A DNA stretch of 32,297 nt. It comes from a virus (Duplodnaviria; Caudoviricetes). Position numbers and translations under genes: made by a program. The notes under the pieces were generated by a model. It did no database searches. It worked only from the letters and a program-made list of their open reading frames with translations, and was not told the DNA's origin. Below are positions 15,619-24,461 of this stretch, one piece after another (within the stretch, counting starts at the first letter, position 1; each line of letters starts with the position of its first letter). The stretch is from positions 1-32,297 of IMG/VR virus record IMGVR_UViG_3300037501_000026; one strand, written 5' to 3'.

Positions 15619-17083
15619 TCTTCTGGCGTTGATCGTCCTTGCATCTCCTGCATACGCGGGCATCCGCTATGTTGGGGGTCAAGGGGCGGGGTTTGCCGGA
15701 AAAACCTCGTCTACAACGGTGACGTTCGCTCTCAGTAACTCTGGTAGTGAGATGTCAACCACACCAGAGGCCGGTGATCTTGTCGTTGTTACGTATTGCA
15801 CGGGTTCTACTGCTGACCGGACGCTGACCATCACAAACGCTGGTGGTACCCCCTACACCTATCTATCCGATCTTTACGCAAACGATACCTACGACGCAAA
15901 CATGAGGGTAGGTTATCGTTTCATGCCGTCTACCCCTGAAACCTCGCTTGTACTTTCTCAGACGTTCAACACCGCAGATGCTGGTCGTTATACGATCCAT
16001 GTGTTTCGAGGTGTGGATCCTAGTACGCCGATTGACGTTACGTCAACGACGGCCACGGGGATTGACTCTCGTGTTGTGAATCCTGCCGCCATTACCCCGT
16101 CTACGGCGGGCGCATTCATTTATATTACCGGCTGTGGAGCCGGTGGGACGGGTGGCACTTATACTGCGTCTCATCTTACGAGCTTTCTGGCCGGCACGAC
16201 GGCAGATACCAACGATGCCTTCATTGGATCTGGATTCTACATGGGGTGGACATCAGGATCCTACGATGGGGCAAACTTTTCTGGTGGTGGTACAACTACA
16301 ACTAGTGACTCGTGGGCCTCGACAACAGTAGCACTTCGACCCGCGACATACTCCAGCAATATCTATCCGACCACACAGAGAGCCGTTGGCAGGAATCCGA
16401 CAAGTTCATCGGTCTCTCTCGCTATGCCATCGGCGTACAATATAACGAGTGGCAATCATATCGTAATTGGATGTACGGTTGCGTGGAATGCCTCTGGTAA
16501 TGACTGCGCCGCTGGAGACGTAACTAAGACAGCAGGAACGTCCACAATCGGCACAGTCACGATAGATCAAGAGGCTGAACATAATGATGGGACTAACTAC
16601 TTTTCGGCCTGTTTGTGGTCCGTACCAGTAACGGGCACGGGTACTCTAACGTTGCAGGTGAGCAACGGTAGTATCATCGGTCTATCTTGTGTAGCACAAG
16701 AATATGCCGGGATGCACGCGACCAATCGTGTGGCTGGAACCGGATCTATCGGTACAGGAAACTCAACATCTGCATCAACTGGATCGTATGCTGGAGCTGG
16801 ACATAATTTGTTCGTTGGTCAGCTATCATTCTGGACTAGTTCAACATACACCATTACACCATCCTCCGCTTACACCATGTTGTACGAGGTCGAGGATGCT
16901 GCACAAATGACTGGAGGTTTTTCGGAGAGTTTTACCACGACTAGTACAACACAGAACGCCTCATTTACCATCGGTGGGACCGTTTATTGGGGTGCAGGTT
17001 TGGTTGTCTATCAGGACACCGTAGCCGATGAAGGACCAACGTGTGCGAATTTCATCACTCTGATGGGTGCAGGGTGTAAATGA
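15599..17083 (+). CDS. signal-peptide-bearing Thr/Ser/Gly-rich two-domain beta-sandwich protein (494 aa)
   Basis: MRSTLRSLLALIVLASPAYA signal peptide; two related domains (AGDLVVV...FRGVDPSTPID and SGNHIVIG...EYAGM). Confidence 0.7.
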   Translation: MRSTLRSLLALIVLASPAYAGIRYVGGQGAGFAGKTSSTTVTFALSNSGSEMSTTPEAGDLVVVTYCTGSTADRTLTITNAGGTPYTYLSDLYANDTYDANMRVGYRFMPSTPETSLVLSQTFNTADAGRYTIHVFRGVDPSTPIDVTSTTATGIDSRVVNPAAITPSTAGAFIYITGCGAGGTGGTYTASHLTSFLAGTTADTNDAFIGSGFYMGWTSGSYDGANFSGGGTTTTSDSWASTTVALRPATYSSNIYPTTQRAVGRNPTSSSVSLAMPSAYNITSGNHIVIGCTVAWNASGNDCAAGDVTKTAGTSTIGTVTIDQEAEHNDGTNYFSACLWSVPVTGTGTLTLQVSNGSIIGLSCVAQEYAGMHATNRVAGTGSIGTGNSTSASTGSYAGAGHNLFVGQLSFWTSSTYTITPSSAYTMLYEVEDAAQMTGGFSESFTTTSTTQNASFTIGGTVYWGAGLVVYQDTVADEGPTCANFITLMGAGCK

Positions 17084-17676
17084 GCGATGGACCCCAGATT
17101 CCTCGTAGATATTGGATCTACTTCGGTCCAAGAAGGGGAAGGGTTTCCTGGGCGGAACTTGAGGTACCCGACTCCGTATCAGCTACGCGTCGTGCGAGGA
17201 TTTCTTGGGCAGAGCTCGAGGTTCCGAATGTACCTCACAGAGCGTATGTGTCGTGGGCTGAATTCGAGATCCCAAATGCTCCACGCAGGGTTCGTGTCTC
17301 GTGGGCAGAATTTGAGATCCCGAATGCTCAACGACGCGGTCATGTCTCTTGGGTGGAGTTTGAGGTACCGAACCCTCCTAGGAGAGCACAGGTTTCGTGG
17401 GCAGAGCTGGAGATTCCTAACGCTCAAAGGAGGGCTAGGGTATCTTGGGCTGAGTTTGAGATACCTACTCGGCCGGATCGTGCGAAGGTATCGTGGGCTG
17501 AATTGGAGATTCCTAACGCTCCAAGACGTGCCCGGTTGTCGTGGGTTGAAATGGAGGTTCCTAGCTTGCCAGCAAGAGCACAGATCTCTTGGGCAGAGCT
17601 TGAGATTCCCTCCGTTGGAGACACGGGTGGCGTGAGTAATGCTCGCGCTGTGCTCGGTGGTAAACTGAGGAGGTAA
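17080..17676 (+). CDS. tandem 16-aa repeat protein (10 x RRARVSWAE[LF]E[IV]PNxx)
   Basis: Ten repeats visible in the translation; ATGA overlap with the upstream gene. Confidence 0.75.
   Translation: MSDGPQIPRRYWIYFGPRRGRVSWAELEVPDSVSATRRARISWAELEVPNVPHRAYVSWAEFEIPNAPRRVRVSWAEFEIPNAQRRGHVSWVEFEVPNPPRRAQVSWAELEIPNAQRRARVSWAEFEIPTRPDRAKVSWAELEIPNAPRRARLSWVEMEVPSLPARAQISWAELEIPSVGDTGGVSNARAVLGGKLRR
17131..17610 (+). repeat. coding tandem repeat, 48-nt period, 10 units
   Basis: Recurring tc(t/g/c)tggg..ga....gag core with varied synonymous codons; the first unit is 3 codons longer. Confidence 0.85.
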
Positions 17677-17677
17677 G

Positions 17678-19057
17678 ATGTCTTCGAACGTCCCGTTGGG
17701 TCAGCCTGATGCGGGTAGCGGGGACCCGTCCACTCCCGATAGCACCGATCGGGATATGGAGCTGTTTGACAAGATCGACGAAGGAAAGACCACGTCTGAG
17801 GACAAGGAGACTCCCTCTGTCGACGACATGTTGAAAGGTGAGGACACTCCCGGAACCAAGGACACGGATGAGGACGTTGTCAGTGGTGACGAGGATGAGG
17901 ATACGGATAAGGACGAGGTCGATGAGGGGGACGAGGACACTGAGGAGGACGAGGTCACTGAGGAGGACGAGGACAAGTCCAAGGTCGACCGACGCCCCGA
18001 ACCTCCCGAGCCTACCGAAGACGACGTCATCACCAACCGACCCACCTACGCCGCGCTGAAGAAGGCGTATCCCAACATCTTCAAGGATCACCCTGAGCTT
18101 CGGTCGATCCTGTTCCGCGAGCCGGAGTACGCCAAGATCTTCCCCACGATCAAGGAGGCCAGAGAGACCGCCGCCTACGCTGACACGGTTCGACAGGTGG
18201 AGCAGTCTCTCGCGGAGGGTGATCCGGAGATCCTCCTCAAGAGTGTGATGGACGCCAGCCCCCAGATGTTGGCTACGCTGGCCGAGAACATCCCTGCCAC
18301 ACTCTACAAGCTGTCGCAGGAGTCCTACGTCAAGATGACGACTCCGATCATTCGGAACGCCATCATCCTGGCACGTCAGCACGCACGCGGTGTGCAGGAC
18401 AAGGATCTGTGGAACGGTCTCGACCACATCGAGAAGTTCCTCTTCGGTGATCACCGCTTCTCGCTCAAGAAGGAGGAGCCAAAGGGTGATCCGCTGAAGG
18501 CGGAGAGGGAACAGCTCGACAGGGAGCGTCGTGACCTCCACATGCAGCGAGCACGGGGATTCGAGAACCGTGTTCGTGAGCGTAGCGAGGCGGCTTTCAA
18601 GCGTGAGATTCTCAGAGGTCTGGATCCTCAGAAGACACTCACTCCTCGCATGAGAGACCTCATCGCGGAACAAGCGTTGACGGAGGTCGGGGGGCGGATG
18701 AGCAAGGATAACGCTCATCTCTCCTCGATGAACACCCTATGGCGTAGAGCCGCACAACAGGGCCTCTCACCGGAGAGCGAAGAACAGTTGATCCGTGCGT
18801 GGCTGTCGCGCGCCCGTCCGCTGATCGGCCCTGTTCGACGTAAGCTGCTCGCCGAGATCGTCGGCAGGAGCGAACAACCCAACACCGAGGGAAAACCTTC
18901 CACTGATGGCGGCAAGATGCGTCCTCCTCGCGTCCCTGTCGGAAAGGATAGGGGTTCTGCACGTGCATCCCTATCCGGCTTGGACCCCCGAAAGGTGGAC
19001 TACTCCAAGACTTCCGATGCCGACATTTTGGCAGGGAAGGTGACTCTCAAGAAGTGA
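17678..19057 (+). CDS. capsid scaffolding protein (putative)
   Basis: Very acidic disordered N-terminus and helical body; sits immediately upstream of the major capsid gene. Confidence 0.7.
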   Translation: MSSNVPLGQPDAGSGDPSTPDSTDRDMELFDKIDEGKTTSEDKETPSVDDMLKGEDTPGTKDTDEDVVSGDEDEDTDKDEVDEGDEDTEEDEVTEEDEDKSKVDRRPEPPEPTEDDVITNRPTYAALKKAYPNIFKDHPELRSILFREPEYAKIFPTIKEARETAAYADTVRQVEQSLAEGDPEILLKSVMDASPQMLATLAENIPATLYKLSQESYVKMTTPIIRNAIILARQHARGVQDKDLWNGLDHIEKFLFGDHRFSLKKEEPKGDPLKAEREQLDRERRDLHMQRARGFENRVRERSEAAFKREILRGLDPQKTLTPRMRDLIAEQALTEVGGRMSKDNAHLSSMNTLWRRAAQQGLSPESEEQLIRAWLSRARPLIGPVRRKLLAEIVGRSEQPNTEGKPSTDGGKMRPPRVPVGKDRGSARASLSGLDPRKVDYSKTSDADILAGKVTLKK

Positions 19058-19068
19058 GGCTTTGACAA

Positions 19069-20337
19069 ATGGCACAGTTGCAGGACGCCGACGTCGTTGC
19101 AACCGAGCTGGAGAAGGTTCGCTCTGCGGTCCCTGTCCTGTTCGAGCGTGACGACACGTTCTACAGCGAGATCCCTGTCAGCACGGAGGTGGAGAACATC
19201 TCCAACCGTGACATGCGGATTCCGCTGGAGATCTACCCCGGTGGGGACTTCGCCCACTACAACCCGGAAGGTGGCTCGCTGGGCACCGGCTCGGGTCCCA
19301 AGTTCGACAAGGCGGTCATCAACTCGGTTCACGTTCGTCACAACGTCCAGTGGACGAAGAAGGCCGAGTGGGGTACCGACGACCCCCGGAAGGCGGTGGT
19401 GAAGGCTCTTCGTCACCTCCTCTCGACCTCGATGGCTGACTTCCGACGCTACCTCGACGCGCTCTGTCTGACGAACGGGCAGGGCATTCTCGGTACCATT
19501 TCTGCCGTGTCCAACGCCGGCGGTTACGATACCGTCACGCTCGGCACGGACGGGTTCGGTGCTCGCCTCGTCCGCTACGCGCAGAAGGTCGCCTACTTCG
19601 ACTCCACGCTGGCCACGAACCGCACGGCCGGCACGGACAAGGAGATCGTCTACCACGATCCGGTCGGTAAGCAGATCAAGACGGCCACCACGGCGTCGCT
19701 GGCTGCTACCGACAAGGTCGTCATCGGCGGACTCGGCAACGTCACCGGGTCCAACGTCGTGTCCCTGTACGGGCTCGGCTACCACCACAACAACGCTTCG
19801 ACGGGTACGTGGCTCGGTCTGGATCGCGCTACCCTCCCGATGATCCGCTCCACGGGCATCAACGCTGGGTCCACCTTCGCTCTGCCCTTCGCGCGCCGCG
19901 CCATCAACGCAATCGGTGACCGGCTCGGGAAGGACCAGATGAAGAAGCTCACCGCGTGGTGCCACCCCTGCCAGGTGCAGGCGTACGAGGAGTACGCTCA
20001 GGGTGTCATGGTCATCAACAAGACCGGGTCGGACGAGAAGATCAACACCTACTTCGGCGACAACGTCCAGCTCGCCGGGGCGCCTGTCCGGACGCACTAC
20101 TCGTGGGACAAGACCCGCATCGACTTCATCGCGAAGGAGCTGTGGGGCCGTGCGCAGGTGAAGGCCCCCGACTTCTACGAGGTGGATGGTCGTAGGATCT
20201 TCGAGATGCGCGACACGACCACGGGCGGTCTGGTCGCTTCGCAGATCTTCCACATCGTGGTCGGGTTCAACCTGTTCCACAAGAACCCCGCTGGGTCGGC
20301 CTACATCTACGGCCTCCCGGTGCCCACGGGGTACTAG
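19069..20337 (+). CDS. major capsid protein
   Basis: 422 aa, after the scaffold; strongest C/G-ending codon bias in the window; followed by a hairpin; HK97-like layout by inspection. Confidence 0.8.
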   Translation: MAQLQDADVVATELEKVRSAVPVLFERDDTFYSEIPVSTEVENISNRDMRIPLEIYPGGDFAHYNPEGGSLGTGSGPKFDKAVINSVHVRHNVQWTKKAEWGTDDPRKAVVKALRHLLSTSMADFRRYLDALCLTNGQGILGTISAVSNAGGYDTVTLGTDGFGARLVRYAQKVAYFDSTLATNRTAGTDKEIVYHDPVGKQIKTATTASLAATDKVVIGGLGNVTGSNVVSLYGLGYHHNNASTGTWLGLDRATLPMIRSTGINAGSTFALPFARRAINAIGDRLGKDQMKKLTAWCHPCQVQAYEEYAQGVMVINKTGSDEKINTYFGDNVQLAGAPVRTHYSWDKTRIDFIAKELWGRAQVKAPDFYEVDGRRIFEMRDTTTGGLVASQIFHIVVGFNLFHKNPAGSAYIYGLPVPTGY

Positions 20338-20344
20338 TCACCTA

Positions 20345-20382
20345 GGTTGGGTGGGGGTTCCTTTGGGGACTCCCACCCAGCC
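20345..20382 (+). terminator. GC-rich hairpin after the capsid gene (terminator or stabiliser)
   Basis: ggttgggtgggggttcc-tttg-gggactcccacccagcc; weak U-tract (gttct). Confidence 0.6.
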
Positions 20383-20397
20383 GTTCTGGAGGAGCTT

Positions 20398-20940
20398 GTG
20401 CTGACCAATCGTACAACAGTTGAGCTGGTCAACAAGAAGCTGAAGGAATACTACGGAACGGACGACAGTGGTCGACAAATCTACCGAGTCGTGTGGAGCG
20501 ATGACCAGATCGAGAAGCGGTTTGGGACCTTCAGAGAAATGTATGGGAGCATCTTCGTCCGTGAGTACAGAGGGATGGATGTCGTCAAAAAGTACCCATA
20601 CATCAAGCATCGTTGGGTCCTAGAGAAGCTGATGTTTGCCTTGACGGATGAGGTCATCGGTCTGGATCTCGATGGGCGTTGTTACGAGCCTATCTACACG
20701 TTCGAGGATAAGTTCGGTCAGGAGTTGGCGGTCGAGTGGTGGGCCGTCGAAATGATTGTCAAGCGACTTCTCGGTGTCATGGGCGGTACCGTGGAGAAGA
20801 TGCGTGACAGTGACGTCGAGGCCGCCGAAGATGCCGCCTATGCGAAAGAGGTCGCTTACACAGAGGACTACCTCGCTGACATTCAGGGCGGGGATGTCGC
20901 GGTGAAACTGAATGCTAGAGAGGCAATTGTAGTTCCATGA
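20398..20940 (+). CDS. hypothetical protein (180 aa)
   Basis: GGAGGAG RBS before GTG 20398. Confidence 0.7.
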   Translation: MLTNRTTVELVNKKLKEYYGTDDSGRQIYRVVWSDDQIEKRFGTFREMYGSIFVREYRGMDVVKKYPYIKHRWVLEKLMFALTDEVIGLDLDGRCYEPIYTFEDKFGQELAVEWWAVEMIVKRLLGVMGGTVEKMRDSDVEAAEDAAYAKEVAYTEDYLADIQGGDVAVKLNAREAIVVP

Positions 20941-21557
20941 GCAAGGCAACCATCGTTTCGGGGGCGCCGTTCCAGATCTGTGAGACGCATCCGCAGTGTG
21001 TTCCGTACGAGATCAAGCTTCCCCCTGCGGACTTCATGAACAAGGACATCCGAACCCTCACGCTGAGTGATGGGTACCACGCGCTTTACATCGACTGGAA
21101 GCGTGGTTTCATCGACGTTCCGGATGACGCCATCGCGCTGGCCGCGAGGACCGTCAGGGATATCCTTCAGGCACAGTTCATCTACGACCCGGAGGTTCAT
21201 CCCGCGATCTTCTTCATCCCGGAGGAGATCTCAGCTGCGGACGTCAAGAAGAGATACGCCGACGTTCTGAAGGAACAGCTCCTCAGACAACAGCGGTGGT
21301 TCGAGGTTCTTGTGAGGCGGGCCGACGTTGCCTACAACAAGAACCGGAACCTGGCGGAGATCTCGGACATCCACAGGGCAGCAGCACTATTCCTCGGGCT
21401 GGAGCGTGAGTGGTGCGACAAGAGCCCGGGCGCGATGGTACCCTGCCCTGCGTGCTTCACACTCGTCCGCAACGGTGCTGCTGTCTGCTACGCCTGCAGG
21501 GCCGTCGTCGACGCCGAGAAGTACAAGACGATCCATTTCGTTGGAGAGCAGAAGTAA
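20937..21557 (+). CDS. hypothetical protein with C-terminal Zn ribbon
   Basis: CPAC...CYAC near the C-terminus; ATGA overlap. Confidence 0.7.
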   Translation: MSKATIVSGAPFQICETHPQCVPYEIKLPPADFMNKDIRTLTLSDGYHALYIDWKRGFIDVPDDAIALAARTVRDILQAQFIYDPEVHPAIFFIPEEISAADVKKRYADVLKEQLLRQQRWFEVLVRRADVAYNKNRNLAEISDIHRAAALFLGLEREWCDKSPGAMVPCPACFTLVRNGAAVCYACRAVVDAEKYKTIHFVGEQK

Positions 21558-21578
21558 AACCGTTCGGAGGGCGAACAG

Positions 21579-22235
21579 ATGCCTCTTGCAAGCGCAGTCC
21601 TGGATGAAGTGGCAGCACTTTGCGGTGATAGGAACAAAACCCTATACACCTCTGAGAAGTTGCTTCCACTCCTCATCAGAGCAAACCGGGACCTGTCTCT
21701 GGCTTTCCAGCTTGCAGGGGTGGGGTCCACAGAGGGTATCTTCGTCACGACTGGAACAGTGGATCCCGGAGAGACGGCCATGCCAGACCTCCCATCGGAT
21801 CTTGTTCTTCCCATCGAGTTGTGGGAACGACCAGCAGCCTCCACGAGTGATGAGGACTGGGTACCAATGACCCAGATGGTATGGCCTCAGAACGAGCCCC
21901 TTGCCCCCACTCTTCGTTTTTGGCAGTGGGAGGGGGATGCCATACTCTTCCTAGGTTCCACCGAGTCACATAAGATCAAGATGCGTTACAGCAAGAACCT
22001 GGGGACCATCACAGGGACGGGAAGTTCGATCGTAACACCAAATGCGGAGCACTTTCTCGCAGCGAAGACAGCGTCGTATGCCGCAAGGTTCATCGGCAAG
22101 AATGTCGCATTGGGGGCGGAACTCAACAGAGAAGCACAGGAAGCCCTCGACCTCCTCCTGAACGTCCGGATCAAGGAGGATCAGAACGTGGTTGGCCGGA
22201 TGCTGCCGTACTCTATGAACGCTAGAAGGAGATAG
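21579..22235 (+). CDS. head-to-tail adaptor (tail tubular A-like), putative
   Basis: 218 aa; helical ends, LPSDLV motif and central beta region; position after the capsid gene. Confidence 0.6.
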   Translation: MPLASAVLDEVAALCGDRNKTLYTSEKLLPLLIRANRDLSLAFQLAGVGSTEGIFVTTGTVDPGETAMPDLPSDLVLPIELWERPAASTSDEDWVPMTQMVWPQNEPLAPTLRFWQWEGDAILFLGSTESHKIKMRYSKNLGTITGTGSSIVTPNAEHFLAAKTASYAARFIGKNVALGAELNREAQEALDLLLNVRIKEDQNVVGRMLPYSMNARRR

Positions 22236-22238
22236 CAC

Positions 22239-22574
22239 ATGTCTCTTGCAGTTGCGAACATCAAAAAGCGCCAGACTGGTGGGGTTTTCTTCGCAGCCTT
22301 CGAGGTGACCCCCTCGGGAAACTACGTCACGGGTGGAGAGGTTCTGTCTCCGACGCTGGAGTCCATGCACCACGGCGGCAAGTCACCCGACTTCGTGAAG
22401 GTGGATGGGAAGGCCGGCTTCGTCTTCCAGTACGATCACGCCAACAAGAAGCTCCTCACCTACTGCAACACGGCTGGTGCCTCCAACTCCGCTCTCGGTG
22501 AACACACCGCTGTCGCCTACGTCTCGGGCATCACGGGGGTGGCGCACAAGGGCGTGGCGGTCTGGCTCACCTAG
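22239..22574 (+). CDS. putative head decoration/structural protein (111 aa)
   Basis: Motifs YVTGGEVL and YDHANKKL; high codon bias. Confidence 0.55.
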   Translation: MSLAVANIKKRQTGGVFFAAFEVTPSGNYVTGGEVLSPTLESMHHGGKSPDFVKVDGKAGFVFQYDHANKKLLTYCNTAGASNSALGEHTAVAYVSGITGVAHKGVAVWLT

Positions 22575-22580
22575 GTCGCC

Positions 22581-24461
22581 ATGTTTGAGCACTCGCCGGT
22601 CTCGATCACGGATTTCCGTGGGAGGTTTGAACGGGGCGAAGCTGAGGCGACTCCGTTGGGCTTCTTTTCTGATGAGGGAAATCTCACATTCTCTCGTGAG
22701 GGAGTCGAGACTCGGCGAGGCTTCTCCCCGATAGCTGGCTTCAGCACCTCAACGGTCATCCTGCGCGCTCATGAGTTCAGACGGATTGGGGAAGCATCAC
22801 GCTTCATCTATCTGACTGACACAGGGGATTTCTACGATTCCCTCTACCCATCGACACCCATCCTCAGCCTCGGATCAGGGGTTGAAGATTTTGCCTTGGC
22901 AGTTGTGTTTAACAGGGCTTACATCTCACCTCACGATAGGTCAGCGGGTCTGACCGGGAGGTTTGTTTACGTTTACGACGGTTCGGGTAGCGCGAGAAAG
23001 GCGGCGGGCTCAGCTCCATCGGCCTTCACTCTTGTGGTGGCTGAGGGATCTGCCTCAGGTAACGATGCAATCGAGAAGGGTATACACCTTTTCGCGGTTG
23101 CGTATGAGACTGCCTCGGGGTTCATTACCAAACCGGGGACAGGAACAGTAGTAGCAGTTCTTGATGCGACCGGTGGGAAGGTCGCCGACCTGAGTGGTAT
23201 ACCTGTCGGTCCCTCTGGCACTGTCGCAAGACACATCCTCACGACGAAGATCATTCCCAATTATGCTGCCGGAACGGAGGCATATCAGGAATGGTTCTTC
23301 CTTCCCGATGGTCGTATTGGTGACAACGTGACCACGACGAAGAACGGCATCTCTTTCTACGACATCGCGCTGCAGGACAGTGCGGATTACCTGCTCACGC
23401 AGCTTGAGGAGATTCCTGCCGGTGTGTTCCTCGTCGATTACGAGGGACAACTTTGCGTCGGCGGGGAGGCCCAGAATAACTCTACCGTGAGGGTCTCTAG
23501 CCCCGGTAACCCCGAGTCATTCTCTGCACTCGATGGTTTCGTCAACGTCAACCCGGGAGATGGTGGAGGAGTCACTAATGGGGTCTCGCACAGAGGCAGT
23601 CTATACATCTCTAAGAGTCAGCGGTTCTACGCTACGAATAAGAGTGCAGGTTCCCCTTCCTCATGGCCGGTCATCTCAGTCGATTCTGGAATTGGCACCG
23701 AATGCTTCGGGATCTCCTCGGTACTGGACTCTCGAGGACACTCAAGGGATCAGTTCCTTGTTGCTGCACGATCTGGTCTCTACCAGTACCTTGGGGCCTT
23801 CGCAGAAAGGGAACTGACGTGGAACGTTCGTGACCTGTGGGCGAGGATCAACAAGATCCATTTCAGCAAGGTTCAGGTCATGGTCGATCCACAGAGAGAA
23901 TGGATTGTTGTTGCGCTTCCCCTCGACGCGGCGACGGCAAACTCCCACCTTCTCGTTGGTGACTACTCAGAGGCACTGGATCCTACGGGTGTGAAATGGT
24001 CCCTGTGGACTCTACCGAAGGCGCCGACGTCCTCACTGATTCAGGTGGATTACTCGTCGAAGGTTTCGATGATCGTGTACGGTTCCGTTGCTGGAGGGCT
24101 GTACTACTACGACGACAGCTCTCGCAACGATTACGGAACGAGAATCGATGGATACCTTGAGACGAACCTCATTGAGCTTCAGGGGAACGTTGACGGGATC
24201 AACCATTACGCTGGCGTGCGTATGAGGGTAAGGGGAGATAGCACGCTGACGGTTAGGCTCTCTGGCTACGACAAGCTTCAGACTGAGTCCTATCCCTCGA
24301 TCACCCTCTCCGCAACCCCCGGTGAAGCAAAGCTCGTTAGGACGGATTTCCTTGCCGAACGTGTATCTGTCAAACTGACGCAGACAACTTACGAGAGCTG
24401 GTTCCTTCTCAACAGACTGACTGTTCATGTCAAGCCCCTGTGGGCGGAGCGGGCGGAGTGA
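22581..24461 (+). CDS. tail nozzle/stabilisation protein (P22 gp10 / tubular B-like), putative
   Basis: 626 aa, beta-propeller-like; ITDFRG...N......G.ETRRG N-terminus and VRVSSPGNPESF; position in the tail module. Confidence 0.65.
   Translation: MFEHSPVSITDFRGRFERGEAEATPLGFFSDEGNLTFSREGVETRRGFSPIAGFSTSTVILRAHEFRRIGEASRFIYLTDTGDFYDSLYPSTPILSLGSGVEDFALAVVFNRAYISPHDRSAGLTGRFVYVYDGSGSARKAAGSAPSAFTLVVAEGSASGNDAIEKGIHLFAVAYETASGFITKPGTGTVVAVLDATGGKVADLSGIPVGPSGTVARHILTTKIIPNYAAGTEAYQEWFFLPDGRIGDNVTTTKNGISFYDIALQDSADYLLTQLEEIPAGVFLVDYEGQLCVGGEAQNNSTVRVSSPGNPESFSALDGFVNVNPGDGGGVTNGVSHRGSLYISKSQRFYATNKSAGSPSSWPVISVDSGIGTECFGISSVLDSRGHSRDQFLVAARSGLYQYLGAFAERELTWNVRDLWARINKIHFSKVQVMVDPQREWIVVALPLDAATANSHLLVGDYSEALDPTGVKWSLWTLPKAPTSSLIQVDYSSKVSMIVYGSVAGGLYYYDDSSRNDYGTRIDGYLETNLIELQGNVDGINHYAGVRMRVRGDSTLTVRLSGYDKLQTESYPSITLSATPGEAKLVRTDFLAERVSVKLTQTTYESWFLLNRLTVHVKPLWAERAE

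Noticed and set aside
17131-17610. CRISPR array or DGR-type repeat
   Set aside because: The period is a multiple of 3, variation is mostly synonymous, and there are no unique spacers, cas genes or reverse transcriptase; it is a coding repeat.
19000-20280. 426-aa antisense ORF opposite the capsid gene (also 17561..18718, 7403..8263, 12670..13395)
   Set aside because: Shadow ORFs expected from strong C/G-ending codon bias on the coding strand; no recognisable motifs.
13504-22583. Amber (TAG) reassignment, suggested by several TAG-ended genes being in frame with the next gene (13504, 20335, 22233, 22572)
   Set aside because: Long genes are intact under the standard code, other TAG stops (14434, 27279) are out of frame with the next gene, and most downstream genes have their own RBS.
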